In this document: one piece after another, positions 10,295-19,781 of the stretch
Layout of the letters: every line of letters begins with the position of its first letter
Numbering within the stretch: the first letter of the stretch is position 1
Source: Candidatus Latescibacterota bacterium
Lineage (GTDB): Bacteria > Latescibacterota > UBA2968 > GCA-2709665
Assembly (NCBI GenBank): GCA_965205485.1
Contig: OZ242180.1
Span: 3,360,001 to 3,424,000 of the forward strand
DNA: 64,000 nt
Direction of reading: 5' to 3'
Position numbers and translations under genes: made by a program
The notes under the pieces: model-generated
The model's input: the letters and a program-made list of their open reading frames with translations, nothing else
Told to the model about the DNA's origin: nothing
Databases searched by the model: none

Positions 10295-12418
10295 GAAAAG
10301 GCTGAGTTGTATGCCCGCGGGTTGTTTCCGGAGTGGAAAAAGTCGATCGAATTCAATTTCGCCGAAGACGCCACGGAAGCGTCCCGCCATATCGTGCAGT
10401 CTTCGCAACAGATATCCCCTGTCTTCGTCGTTGTCGTAGTTTTCGATTCGTGCCAGGCTGCCGTCGTTTCTCTGGTACACCGCAATCCTGTCTCCCGCCT
10501 TACTTCCCTCTGCGGCGACGGCCAGTCGCCTCAGGTTCGGATTCGAGAACGTTTTCTCGGTGACGGTCTCCCTGCGGCAGATGTCTGCCCGATCGAATTG
10601 ACCGGCCCCCAGACCGTCCGCATACTGCATGTACAGGGCCGACGCGGCATCGGACTGCCGGTTGATCAGCAGCGGGGCGAGCTTCCGGACGAACTCACGG
10701 AAGACCCGTTCGTCGCGGCGGCTGCGCAGGCTGCTGCCCTTGACGATGAGGCGTTCGTCGTAGTCGACCAGAACGTAGTTCTTGGCTTTGAGGCTGAGCA
10801 TGCCCCGGAACCTGCCGTCGTGGGAAAGGCGGATGCCGTCGGGCAGTTCCCGGGACAGCGCTTCAACGAAATCGTACTCTTCACTCTCCGATCGGACTCC
10901 GGGGGGCACCACGAAATACACACCGTCGGTATCCGCTTCGATGAGGCGTGCGCCCCGCTCCCGCAGCATTGTCACAACCTGCCGGGCGATCTGCTGGCCG
11001 AGGCTCGTGACGCGTGCCGCCGCCCTGTAGTCGTTGAAATTCGCCCTTCCGTACGCCAGGTATCCGTAGAACGAGTTGATCAGGAGTTTGTAACTTCCCT
11101 GCAGGCCGTCCCAGTAGGAACGGTCCGCGTCGGTATCGGCTTTTTTCAGGCTGGCTTTCGCCTTGAGGCGTCGTCCGGTCAGGCGCCTCAGCATCGGCAG
11201 GAACACGTTTTCTGTGTCGGAAACGGGTCGAATGCCGTAGTTTAACATAATTGACGGGTAGAGGCTCTCCACGTCCGCCTTGACAACCCGGTTGAAGACG
11301 CCCGAGGCGAAGAGTTCGGTATATCCTCCCCCGAAAGGCTCGGAGTGCCGAGGCCTCGGCACGGCGAGGCCACGCCGGAGATAGGCGCCGATCATCAGGG
11401 CGTTGATCTTCTCGCCCGGTCCGGTAATTGCTGCATCCTGAAGCCGGTAAGGCAACACCTGGGTCTGGTAGAACTCGGTGGTGGCGACCATTTCGCTCAG
11501 TGCTCGCACGTCACGGACGTCGTCCAGCGCGTAGTCCGCGACCCGGCCCGGGTCGTCTCGCCAGGTCTTGTGGATATCGGCCCCCTCGATGAAGACGCGG
11601 TCCCCACGCTCCAGGCCAAGCGAACGGACGGCGTTCTTCAGGCCGTAGCTCTCCAGGCGACCGCCGATGTCGTATCGCTGGACCTGGTGAAGGGTGTCGA
11701 TAATGTGACGGCCGTGGATGGTTGCGGGGCGAAACGTGGGACTTCGGGCGCCCACCCTGTACCGGCGCATGCCGTTCCCGGCCTTCAGTTCGGAGCCGTC
11801 GCGGCCCCAGGGCAGGCTGACGTTTAACGCGCGGGCGCGCACCTGGATGTAATTGAGGTCGAAGTCAAAGATGTTGTGGCCTTCGATGATGTCCGGGTCG
11901 CGGCTCCGGATGCGGTGATTCAGCGCCTCTAGCAGTGCGCCTTCGGACATCCCGCCGGCGCCGAGTACTTCCTCGTAATTCCTGTTGTCGGAAAGCGCGG
12001 CCAGGATGATGCGTGCGTCCCGCGCTTGGGGATTCAGCCCTGTGGTTTCGATATCCAGCTGAAGGCGATGGGCGTCATTGTAACGCAGGCCGCGATAAAG
12101 CGTGTTTCCGGAAAGCATCAGGTGCTGTTTGACCGGGTTGTTGAAGTCGAAATGGACGATGCCGTCGGCGGACAGGCGTCCGCGGGCATCCAGAAAATCG
12201 CTCCAGGAGTGGAAGTGAACCAGAAACCGGAACTGGCCGCCGCCTTTGAGATGGCTTATCTTCCTTACGCCGGCGAGGCCGGCCCTGTCGCACTCCTCGG
12301 GCGCCTCGACCAGCAGCCACGGTGAAAAAAGATGGGTCTCGCGTCCGGCCCGGGTATAGTACGCCATCTTGTTGCCGTCAACCAGTTCGACAGCCAGGAT
12401 TTCGGATTGTGGACGCAT
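10292..12418 (-). CDS. polB: family B DNA polymerase with 3'-5' exonuclease domain
   Basis: Exo motifs LDIET, GHNIFDFD, YALDD; Pol motifs DVESLYPS, KLLINSFYG, ADTDG; C-terminal QLSLF clamp motif. Confidence 0.92.
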   Translation of the reverse strand: MRPQSEILAVELVDGNKMAYYTRAGRETHLFSPWLLVEAPEECDRAGLAGVRKISHLKGGGQFRFLVHFHSWSDFLDARGRLSADGIVHFDFNNPVKQHLMLSGNTLYRGLRYNDAHRLQLDIETTGLNPQARDARIILAALSDNRNYEEVLGAGGMSEGALLEALNHRIRSRDPDIIEGHNIFDFDLNYIQVRARALNVSLPWGRDGSELKAGNGMRRYRVGARSPTFRPATIHGRHIIDTLHQVQRYDIGGRLESYGLKNAVRSLGLERGDRVFIEGADIHKTWRDDPGRVADYALDDVRDVRALSEMVATTEFYQTQVLPYRLQDAAITGPGEKINALMIGAYLRRGLAVPRPRHSEPFGGGYTELFASGVFNRVVKADVESLYPSIMLNYGIRPVSDTENVFLPMLRRLTGRRLKAKASLKKADTDADRSYWDGLQGSYKLLINSFYGYLAYGRANFNDYRAAARVTSLGQQIARQVVTMLRERGARLIEADTDGVYFVVPPGVRSESEEYDFVEALSRELPDGIRLSHDGRFRGMLSLKAKNYVLVDYDERLIVKGSSLRSRRDERVFREFVRKLAPLLINRQSDAASALYMQYADGLGAGQFDRADICRRETVTEKTFSNPNLRRLAVAAEGSKAGDRIAVYQRNDGSLARIENYDNDEDRGYLLRRLHDMAGRFRGVFGEIEFDRLFPLRKQPAGIQLSLF

Positions 12419-12534
12419 GGTTCGCAGCCCGGTTGAATTCTGGACGGGATCGGGTCTCGTACAATACAATATAGCCAAGTGACGCGCGTCCCGGAAGGGC
12501 AATGCGGAAGAACGCCCCCGGCGGAGTTACGAAA

Positions 12535-13281
12535 ATGAACCGACTACAGCCTGAGACCGGATCCGCCCCTCCCGCGACTGAGCGGTCGCGAACGGCGCTG
12601 CTGCTTCGCGCTGGCACGTGGGTCGTGCTGGCGGTATCGTTGTCGGGGCCGGCGTGGTGGGCCTGGACGCAGGAGCCCGATGCCGCCGGCCGGGCGGTCG
12701 GTTTCCTCGCGGCGTTTCCCCTGTTTCTGATTCTCGTCGATCTCTGGACCCTCGCAATCGCCCGATTCTGGCGTCCTTCGCGTTCGCCTCTGAGGGTGCC
12801 GGCCCGAACTCCGATCGTCCTCGCGATCCTGCATACGGGGCTCTGGCTGTGCATGCGCTATCTGCTCGCGCCCGAAGTCCTCGATCGCTCCGGTGTGTCG
12901 GCCGGCGGGGAAGGGGACCTGGCGATACGATGGGGGATGGCGCTGTTGTTCGGCGTGCTATGGATGGTGGGAACCGTCGCCGTCCTCCTTGAAATCAGGC
13001 TCTTGCGCTGGGTGCTGATCTCGGAGGATACGGCGGTTGTTGAAGAGAAACCTGAAGAAGCCGAAGAACCGTCCGACATGCCCGCCGGGCCGGAGCACAA
13101 CTACGAGGTGCAGACGATCCTGAATGGACTGGGATACGAAACCGGACCGGTAGACGGGGAACTGAACGACGCCACCCGGGAGGCGTTGAGAAAGTTCCAG
13201 GCCGATGCCGGATTGGAACCGACCGGGGAGGTGACCATGCTGACCGTCATCGAATTGCGGAACCGGTGGGGGGAGAGGTGA
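12535..13281 (+). CDS. membrane protein with C-terminal peptidoglycan-binding domain
   Basis: Four TM segments then VQTILNGLGY..GPVDG...TREALRKFQ...GL.PTG. Confidence 0.8.
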   Translation: MNRLQPETGSAPPATERSRTALLLRAGTWVVLAVSLSGPAWWAWTQEPDAAGRAVGFLAAFPLFLILVDLWTLAIARFWRPSRSPLRVPARTPIVLAILHTGLWLCMRYLLAPEVLDRSGVSAGGEGDLAIRWGMALLFGVLWMVGTVAVLLEIRLLRWVLISEDTAVVEEKPEEAEEPSDMPAGPEHNYEVQTILNGLGYETGPVDGELNDATREALRKFQADAGLEPTGEVTMLTVIELRNRWGER

Positions 13282-13411
13282 CGCTTGTTTTGAGAGCGAC
13301 CTTCCAGAGGCCGCTCGATGCATTGATGGGAGAATGGGAGACAGTTTTTAATTAGAGACGATGCCACCATAGGAAGCATTCCTGAACATGTTCGGGCTAC
13401 AAGCTTCAGCG

Positions 13412-13490
13412 TGGATTATTCCCCGAACGTTCGCAGATCTTCGGATCAGGTACGTATTGCCGTGACTGTTCGGTAATACCGTAGTTAGCC
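13412..13490 (+). repeat. degenerate attC-like site (family B)
   Basis: GGATTA...CCGAAC pairs with GTTCGG-TAATACC, ending in core GTTAGCC (13484); right half recurs at 14721 and 58781. Confidence 0.45.
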
Positions 13491-13498
13491 GCAATTGA

Positions 13499-13689
13499 CC
13501 TTGATTCGTCAGTCTTCGGGGACGTTAATTCGAATATGTGCGAGTTAATAAAGGCGATTAGACTGCTGATTACCAGGATACATCAGGTCACTGGACGTGA
13601 AGGGAAAAAATGTCCTTCTATACGTCGATATTGCCCCGTTTCGGAGGGTTTTATCGCGTCGCCGCGTTGCTGTTTATTTCCGATTGAGG
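13499..13689 (+). mobile_element. ~190-bp MITE-like element, copy 1
   Basis: CCTTGATTCG...GATTGAGG ends; flanks TTGA/TTAA; homologous to five other copies. Confidence 0.85.
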
Positions 13690-13796
13690 TTAACAGAGCA
13701 TTGATTTCCAAAGGTAGTTAGACAGCACGAGACAGCCTGTCCGTACTTTTACTGTCCAATTACGACGCAATTCTTACAGCAACACAAGAGGATATA

Positions 13797-14716
13797 ATGG
13801 ACATTTCTACTGAACCGTGCCCTGGGCAGCTACGCCAACACTCTTACGCCGTGGTGCGCGGTTTGTTCGACGCAGCGACGACAGAAAGGCTGCGCGAGAT
13901 CTGTGAGCGAGTGCTGGAACAGTGGCGGCGCGCTCCTCGCTGTGACAATCCACCGGTGGGGCCCCAGGCCAATTACATGAGGCACCTGAACGACCCGGAA
14001 TATCACCGCGATCACCCCGACGATCTTGCCTTTCTGCTCAATGCCATGGGGTCGCCCCAGGTTGTCGAATCGCTGAGCGCAGCCCTGGATGAAGAATTCC
14101 TCTTCGCCTTGAGCAGTCTCTACTTTAATCCGACCGGAGAAAGCCAGGACGGATTTTGGCACAAGGACAAGATCGGTGCAGAAGCAGACGTATCCCGGAG
14201 ACCGGAGACCGGAGCCGGGTTGCAGATGCAAATCGCATTGGTCCCTACGGACGATCTCGAAGTGGTGCCGGGGTCTCACCTGCGTGACTACTCCCCGAAG
14301 AGCACGCGATCTGCGTCGCCGATGATGGGATCCACAACCGCTCGAACGATATGCCAGGCGCCGTTCGTCTCCACCAGGAACCCGGTGACGCGGTGCTGTT
14401 TACCCAGTTGTGCATTCATCGGGGCCGCTATCACACCGACAAGCTCAGGCGCTCGTTGATGATCTCGGTAAAAAAACGGGCCGCCGCAGAGTTCACGATG
14501 CGCCAGCGGGGGCTGAACTACGCCAGTGACCAGCCATGGTTTTTGCTGCCGCAATACTTCGATGGCGTCAGTGAGGATGCGCGAGCGTTCTTCCAGGAAT
14601 TCGTCGGCTTCTACGCCCCGCATTGGCGTGCCCGGCTGACGGAGGTGTTGAAGTACTCGAGTCTGGTACAAAGGCTGGTGGAAGCCGGCGAGCCGTACCC
14701 GTTTTTTGGTGAGTGA
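13797..14716 (+). pseudogene. phytanoyl-CoA dioxygenase (PhyH)-like, frameshifted
   Basis: WHKD and VVPGSH in one frame, PGDAVLF..IHRG in the next; shift at C-run 14293-14296. Confidence 0.75.
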
Positions 14717-14820
14717 GAAGTCTGTCGGTAATTCCGGAGTTATGGGCCATGCGTCCCCAGGCATCGTAGCTGCCGGAAGGGTGCGAAACACCGGAAGCCG
14801 TCCAGAATCAGCAGGAGACT

Positions 14821-15504
14821 ATGACTTCCTTGAATTCCAACCAGGATGGCGCCCGATACGACGGCTGGGCGACGTGGTACGATGAATATCTCAAGATGCC
14901 ATTCTACGAGAACATCCCGGCTCATCTATCGCGTTTGGTTGGACCCGGCTCAGGACTCTGTGTGGACATTGGTTGCGGAACAGGTGTGCATCTCCAGCTA
15001 CTGCAATCGCTTGGCTGGTCCGTGATTGGAGTCGACCTTTCAGCCGACCAGCTTCGACTGGCAAGTGATCGCTCTCCGAGGGTTGTCCAGGCCAATGCGT
15101 GTAGTCTGCCTTTCTCGTCAGCCACGTTTCGACGCGTCGTGTCGGTATTGACACTTACTGATTTCGATGATGTAGGGCCATTCTTCTCGGAAGCACACCG
15201 CGTCCTGGATCGTCACGGGCGTTTCGTTATCCTGGGCACACATCCCTGTTTTCTGGGACCATTTGCGACCATCGAGAGAGACACGGGAATTGCCAGGATC
15301 CATCCGGGTTACCGGGAAACAGCACGAGTTTTCGAAGGTCCTGGATTGGGTGAGGGCATTCGGTCGAAGGTGGGTGTCCGGCACGTTCCTCTTGCCGAAC
15401 TCTTCAACAAACTGCTCGCTGCTGACTTGCGGCTCGAATCAGTTGCCGAATTGGATGGTGACACGCTCCCATCTCTGCTGGCGTTCGTTGCAACCAAAGC
15501 CTGA
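14821..15504 (+). CDS. class I SAM-dependent methyltransferase
   Basis: VDIGCGTG, GVDLS, LPF motifs; SD AGGAG. Confidence 0.9.
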   Translation: MTSLNSNQDGARYDGWATWYDEYLKMPFYENIPAHLSRLVGPGSGLCVDIGCGTGVHLQLLQSLGWSVIGVDLSADQLRLASDRSPRVVQANACSLPFSSATFRRVVSVLTLTDFDDVGPFFSEAHRVLDRHGRFVILGTHPCFLGPFATIERDTGIARIHPGYRETARVFEGPGLGEGIRSKVGVRHVPLAELFNKLLAADLRLESVAELDGDTLPSLLAFVATKA

Positions 15505-15696
15505 CCTTGATTCGTAAGTTTTCAGATGACGTTAATTCGAATATGTGCTTGTAAATAAAGGCGATTAGACTGCGGATTACCAGGATACACCAGGACACTG
15601 TACGTGAACTGAAAAAATGTCCTTCATGACGACCATTTCGTCCTGTTTCGAAGGGTTTCGTCGAGGTACCGCGTTGCGGCTTTTGCGGAATTGAGG
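15505..15696 (+). mobile_element. ~190-bp MITE-like element, copy 2, with 4-bp target duplication CTGA
   Basis: CTGA on both sides (15501-15504, 15697-15700). Confidence 0.88.
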
Positions 15697-15794
15697 CTGA
15701 TTGCTCAATAGATCGACACATCGGGGGAAATCTGAAGGCTTGCGCGCAATCTCTGCACGTTCGTTATTGACTGGCTCAGGATCTCGGAACTGAT

Positions 15795-16592
15795 ATGAAC
15801 CGCATACACGAAGCCAACCGTCAGCTGTGGAATGATCAGGTCGCTATCTGGGAAGAAAGGAGCAACCGAGAAGGTCGGTGGCACCGATGCCACGAAGATC
15901 CTGATCTGGCGTTCGAAGGTGGAGCTCTTCAACTGATTCAGACGTTTACTGGCGGGTTGAGCAACAAGAAGGCATGCGTTATCGGCAGCGGTGACAATAT
16001 GGCAGCGTTCGCTCTTGCAGGCCTGGGTGCGCAAGTTACGTCGACGGACATTTCGGAAGAGCGATTAGCGATGGGGTCACGTAGAGCTGAGCAACTCGGT
16101 CTATCAATCTCATTCGTTCGATCGGATGCCGCTTATCTGGAATCGTTGGCCGATTCGAGCTTTGACCTCGTATGCTCCACAAATGGGTTTTTTGTGTGGA
16201 TCGCCGATCTCGAAGCGGTTTTCTGGGAGGTCGCTCGAATTCTAAAACCCGGTGGCTCTTTCGTGTATTTTGATATCCACCCATTTCAGCGACCATGGAA
16301 GGACCAGGGGATCCCAATTGAGATGGAAAAGTCGTATTGATCCACAGGTCCATTTCAGCCGCGAGATAGAGACTCTTATGAATTCCACTGGACTTTGGCT
16401 GACCTTTTGAACCCAATGGCTACGGGGGGACTGATGTTGGTCAAGGTCCTGGAGCGTCCGGCTCGCGACACACGGTATTGGAAGGAGTCCTCTCAATGCG
16501 ATGTTGAGGACGAAACCATCATGGATTGGAGTGAGAATCCCCGAGCTGGACTCCCCGTATGGCTGACCGTTGCGGCGCGTAAGACAGTTTAG
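15795..16592 (+). pseudogene. SAM-dependent methyltransferase with in-frame TGA
   Basis: ORFs 15795-16340 and 16395-16592 share a frame; TGA at 16338-16340 probably replaces TGG. Confidence 0.8.
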
Positions 16593-16612
16593 CGGGAGAG
16601 TCGAGAAACGTC

Positions 16613-16711
16613 GTGCAACAGCACGGTTTTCGCTACGGCGCTGGACGCGCCTGGGTCCTGTCGGACAACCCCTCGCCAAGCTCGGGTTCGCAAACCGGCG
16701 AAACGTTATAT
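16613..16711 (+). repeat. attC-like site (family A)
   Basis: GTGCAAC ... CGGTTT/AAACCG stem ... GTTATAT. Confidence 0.7.
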
Positions 16712-16783
16712 GCCATGGCAGTTTTGACACTGTTGTGAGAAGCAAGAGGGACAGACCGTACCTGGAACCTCCTGAGATGGTCA

Positions 16784-17074
16784 ATGTCCGAGATAATTGA
16801 GCCGCTCAGCGCAGATCGGGTGAACTGGTTGGCGGAGGAGTTTGCCAAGCGCGCCTGTTCGAAATCGGATGGATACTTCGCACAATGCTTTGACGCGCAG
16901 GAACGCGGGGAGATGATCGTCCTCGTTTCCCGAAACGGCGAAAAGCTCTTGGGATTCCTGAAAGTAGTCTGGAGTCAGACGTACGAGCCGTTTCGTGATC
17001 AAGGCATCCCAGAAATTCAAGATCTCAATGTTGTGTCAGAGGCAAAACCATCCCCACACCAGTGGGCTATCTAA
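16784..17074 (+). pseudogene. GNAT acetyltransferase, C-terminally truncated
   Basis: IPEIQDLNV followed by an abrupt loss of the expected RxxG motif A. Confidence 0.65.
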
Positions 17075-17190
17075 TAAGGCTGGGCGCAAAAAGCGCTTTG
17101 GTTTCCGCCCGATTCAAGTTATATTTTGGGAAATAGTTGTATTTGTTTGGCTTAATGGATATTTTCGAGCGAAGGATCGGAGGCCATTAC

Positions 17191-17493
17191 ATGTCTGCAA
17201 AGACGCTAGACCAGCATATTGAGACAACTCCTGGCGTTTCAGGAGGAAAACCGCGCATTGCCGGGCATCGTATTACCGTGCAAAATATCGTGATCTGGCA
17301 TGAGCGGATGGGAAAAAGCGCGGACGAAATTGCGACAGAATATGACCTGACCTTGGCGGACATTTATGCGGCATTGAGTTACTATTTTGATCACCGTGAT
17401 GAGTTGGACCGGGATATAGAAGAAAGTGAGGAATTCGGTGAAACATTACGCCGACAAAGCCTTTCCCGACTGAAATCAAAGCTCCAGGAATAG
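17191..17493 (+). CDS. DUF433-type antitoxin
   Basis: PGVSGGKPRIAGHRITV...EIATEYDLTLADIYAALSYY; SD GGAGG. Confidence 0.88.
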   Translation: MSAKTLDQHIETTPGVSGGKPRIAGHRITVQNIVIWHERMGKSADEIATEYDLTLADIYAALSYYFDHRDELDRDIEESEEFGETLRRQSLSRLKSKLQE

Positions 17494-17500
17494 GAGCCAC

Positions 17501-17830
17501 ATGGCTAAGGTCAGATTCTATACCGATGAACACGTCTCGAAGGCTGTGGTGATGGGATTGCGCCAAAGGGGAGCAGATGTTCTCACCGTTAGTGAAGCAG
17601 GTCTACTGGGCGCCTCAGACGAGGAACATTTGAGGAAGGCACGGGCAGAAGGACGGATTATTTTCACTCAAGATATCGATTTCTTACGCCTGTCTGCGGC
17701 AGGCATCGAGCACACAGGGATCGTCTACACATCTCAGGTCACTACGACAGGCGGTATTATCCGCGGTCTTATGTTGATTTATCAGGTCTTGGAAGCGGAA
17801 GAAATGGAAGGTCACATTGAGTATTTGTGA
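17501..17830 (+). CDS. DUF5615-type PIN-like toxin
   Basis: FYTDEHV, GASDEEHL, GRIIFTQDIDF, HTGIV; paired with DUF433. Confidence 0.85.
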   Translation: MAKVRFYTDEHVSKAVVMGLRQRGADVLTVSEAGLLGASDEEHLRKARAEGRIIFTQDIDFLRLSAAGIEHTGIVYTSQVTTTGGIIRGLMLIYQVLEAEEMEGHIEYL

Positions 17831-17926
17831 CGACTTAATGCAGAGGTCTGAGAGAGAAAAAAAAGGGAAAACAGAGGGGTGATGGTCGCCCCTTCTTTAT
17901 TTTTCTAATGACAAAAACGGCACTCC

Positions 17927-18023
17927 GTCTAACACCAAACTCCCGGCTGCGGTCGCTGCGCTCCCTCCGACCCAACCATTCCTCGTTCCTCGGTCGGGTT
18001 CGGGAAGCGGCAAGACGTTATGT
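17927..18023 (+). repeat. attC site
   Basis: R'' GTCTAAC, TCCCG/CGGGA stem, R' GTTATGT. Confidence 0.8.
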
Positions 18024-18055
18024 GAAATGCATTTTGGACAATTCTCGAACGCAGG

Positions 18056-18850
18056 TTGACGTTGATAGTCCAAGATCTACCATACCCGGTCCAAGCCCAT
18101 CTGAAGGGTTTCGTCTCAAATGGCGACAATCTCAGGACTGAATCGTGCGCCGATGTATTTTCATTTGCGCACCCGAGCAAGCAGGGTTTGTTCCTCAAAA
18201 TCAGAGATACGCTCGCTGCGCCACAAGAATCAGATCTTCGTGCCGAAAAAGCGGCCATATCCTGGTTGCACGACAAACTGAGTGTGCCTGGCATGGTCTG
18301 CTTCCACGAGGAAGACAATACTCAGTATCTGCTGATGACCCGAATCGCTGGCGTCTCTGGTGTCCACGAAGACGCCACGACAGATATCCCTGGTCTGATA
18401 CGTCTGTTCGCTCATGGACTTCGCGAGATTCACGCAGTTCCAGTCGATTCGTGTCCATTGAATTGGCGCTTTGAACGCTATTTTGCGTGGGCGACAGACC
18501 TGATTGATTCAGGAGTGCTGGATGGTCAGATCCCCGAAGGCGGCACCAGAAATGTCCTGCGGGATGAACTGGCAGGCATACAAGCCGACCTGCCGCCAGA
18601 AGACGTGGTGTTCACCCACGGGGATTATTGCCTTCCCAACATCATAATCCTCAATGGCCACCTGAGTGGCTACATTGATTGGGGTTATGCAGGTATGGGA
18701 GATCGATATCTCGACTTTGTCGCCGCGTACAATACCATTCGCAGAAATCTGGGTGGGAGGTGGGTTTCCTTGTTTTTTCGAGAGTATGGACAAGAATTGG
18801 ATCCGGCCAAGTTGAGCGTGTATCAAAGGATCCATGACTTTGTAGACTAA
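18056..18850 (+). CDS. aminoglycoside 3'-phosphotransferase-like protein (gene cassette)
   Basis: LFLK, LREIHAVP..CP, FTHGDYCLPNI, YIDWG..G.GDRYLD; start uncertain. Confidence 0.8.
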   Translation: MTLIVQDLPYPVQAHLKGFVSNGDNLRTESCADVFSFAHPSKQGLFLKIRDTLAAPQESDLRAEKAAISWLHDKLSVPGMVCFHEEDNTQYLLMTRIAGVSGVHEDATTDIPGLIRLFAHGLREIHAVPVDSCPLNWRFERYFAWATDLIDSGVLDGQIPEGGTRNVLRDELAGIQADLPPEDVVFTHGDYCLPNIIILNGHLSGYIDWGYAGMGDRYLDFVAAYNTIRRNLGGRWVSLFFREYGQELDPAKLSVYQRIHDFVD

Positions 18851-18866
18851 GAGGGAAATAGCGCAC

Positions 18867-18942
18867 TTCACATAACCCGTCCGTCCCCGGCTTCGGGCAT
18901 ACTCCCTTCGCGCAACCTCTATTCCTGAACTTTAAGTTAGCC
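18867..18942 (+). repeat. attC site (left half intact, right half altered)
   Basis: TTCACATAAC is the exact reverse complement of GTTATGTGAA at 18017; next core GTTAGCC at 18936. Confidence 0.75.
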
Positions 18943-19044
18943 GCAGTCTCTCCCACCAATTAAGCCTCATACATCAAAGGCTGTGAATTTTACGTTGCCT
19001 TTCTACAGGTTTCGTTAACAGGATCATTACATAAAGAGGACTAA

Positions 19045-19428
19045 ATGTCGAACCCGGAAAATTGGAAAATAACAGCTACAAGACCAGTCTTAATCGTCTC
19101 TGATATTGACCGTGCGGTTGATTATTACACCGGTATTGGCTTTGAGGAGATATTTAGAAATGATGTCGTTTACTCCGTTTTGAGTATGGATGAACATATC
19201 ATCCACTTGGGAACGAAGATGGGTACCGGTGCAGGTTTGTCGGCAGCAGTAGTCGAAATGAGCGGTGTTAATGAATATTTCGCTTTCCTTAGCCGACGAA
19301 ACGTCAGAATCCACCGGGAACCAGCAGATCAATTCTACGGAATGAGAGACTTCCAGGTGATGGACCCGGATGGCAATATTATCACTTTTGGGGAGCCATT
19401 GAAAGACAGCAACACGGTTTCTGAGTGA
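19045..19428 (+). CDS. VOC/glyoxalase (bleomycin-resistance-like) protein
   Basis: PVLIVSDIDRAVDYY, YGMRDFQVMDPDGN. Confidence 0.88.
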   Translation: MSNPENWKITATRPVLIVSDIDRAVDYYTGIGFEEIFRNDVVYSVLSMDEHIIHLGTKMGTGAGLSAAVVEMSGVNEYFAFLSRRNVRIHREPADQFYGMRDFQVMDPDGNIITFGEPLKDSNTVSE

Positions 19429-19584
19429 TGTCTTCAGATATCGGGATCTTGTCAACTTGCGGTCAATTTACAAGCCCGAAAGCTGTTTTTTGCTTGACGG
19501 CCAGTCAATCGTCAAGAAACGGCCCTGAATTCTGTTTCTGTACCAGGTCCAGTACAAGTACATCCTAACCGAACATGCGATTAA

Positions 19585-19775
19585 CCTTGATTCGTAAGTC
19601 TTCGGGGGCGATAATTCGAATATGTGCTTGTAAATAAAGGCGATTAGACGGAGAAAACCCAGGATACACCAGGTCACTGGACGTGTAGGGAAAAAACGTC
19701 CTTCTATACGTCGATAGCGCCCCGTTTCGGAAGGTTTTATCGCGTCGCCGCGTCGCTTCTTTTTTCGGATTGAGG
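19585..19775 (+). mobile_element. ~190-bp MITE-like element, copy 3
   Basis: Same ends and core as copies 1-2; flanks TTAA/CTGA. Confidence 0.85.
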
Positions 19776-19781
19776 CTGATC

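Noticed and set aside
13282..13500. Possible intI/attI at the head of the array
   Set aside because: No tyrosine recombinase motifs in any listed frame and too little space; GTTAGCC/GTTAGAC cores alone do not establish attI.
13499..13689. 190-bp element as a group II intron remnant or IS110/IS1111 bridge-RNA locus
   Set aside because: No GTGCG start or domain V, and no RT or IS110 recombinase in the window; terminal IRs and a 4-bp duplication fit a DDE-type MITE better. Not fully excluded.
16338..16340. In-frame TGA (and TAG at 50204) as recoding or an alternative genetic code
   Set aside because: TGA and TAG end many intact genes here and Trp is encoded by TGG; simple nonsense mutation is more likely.
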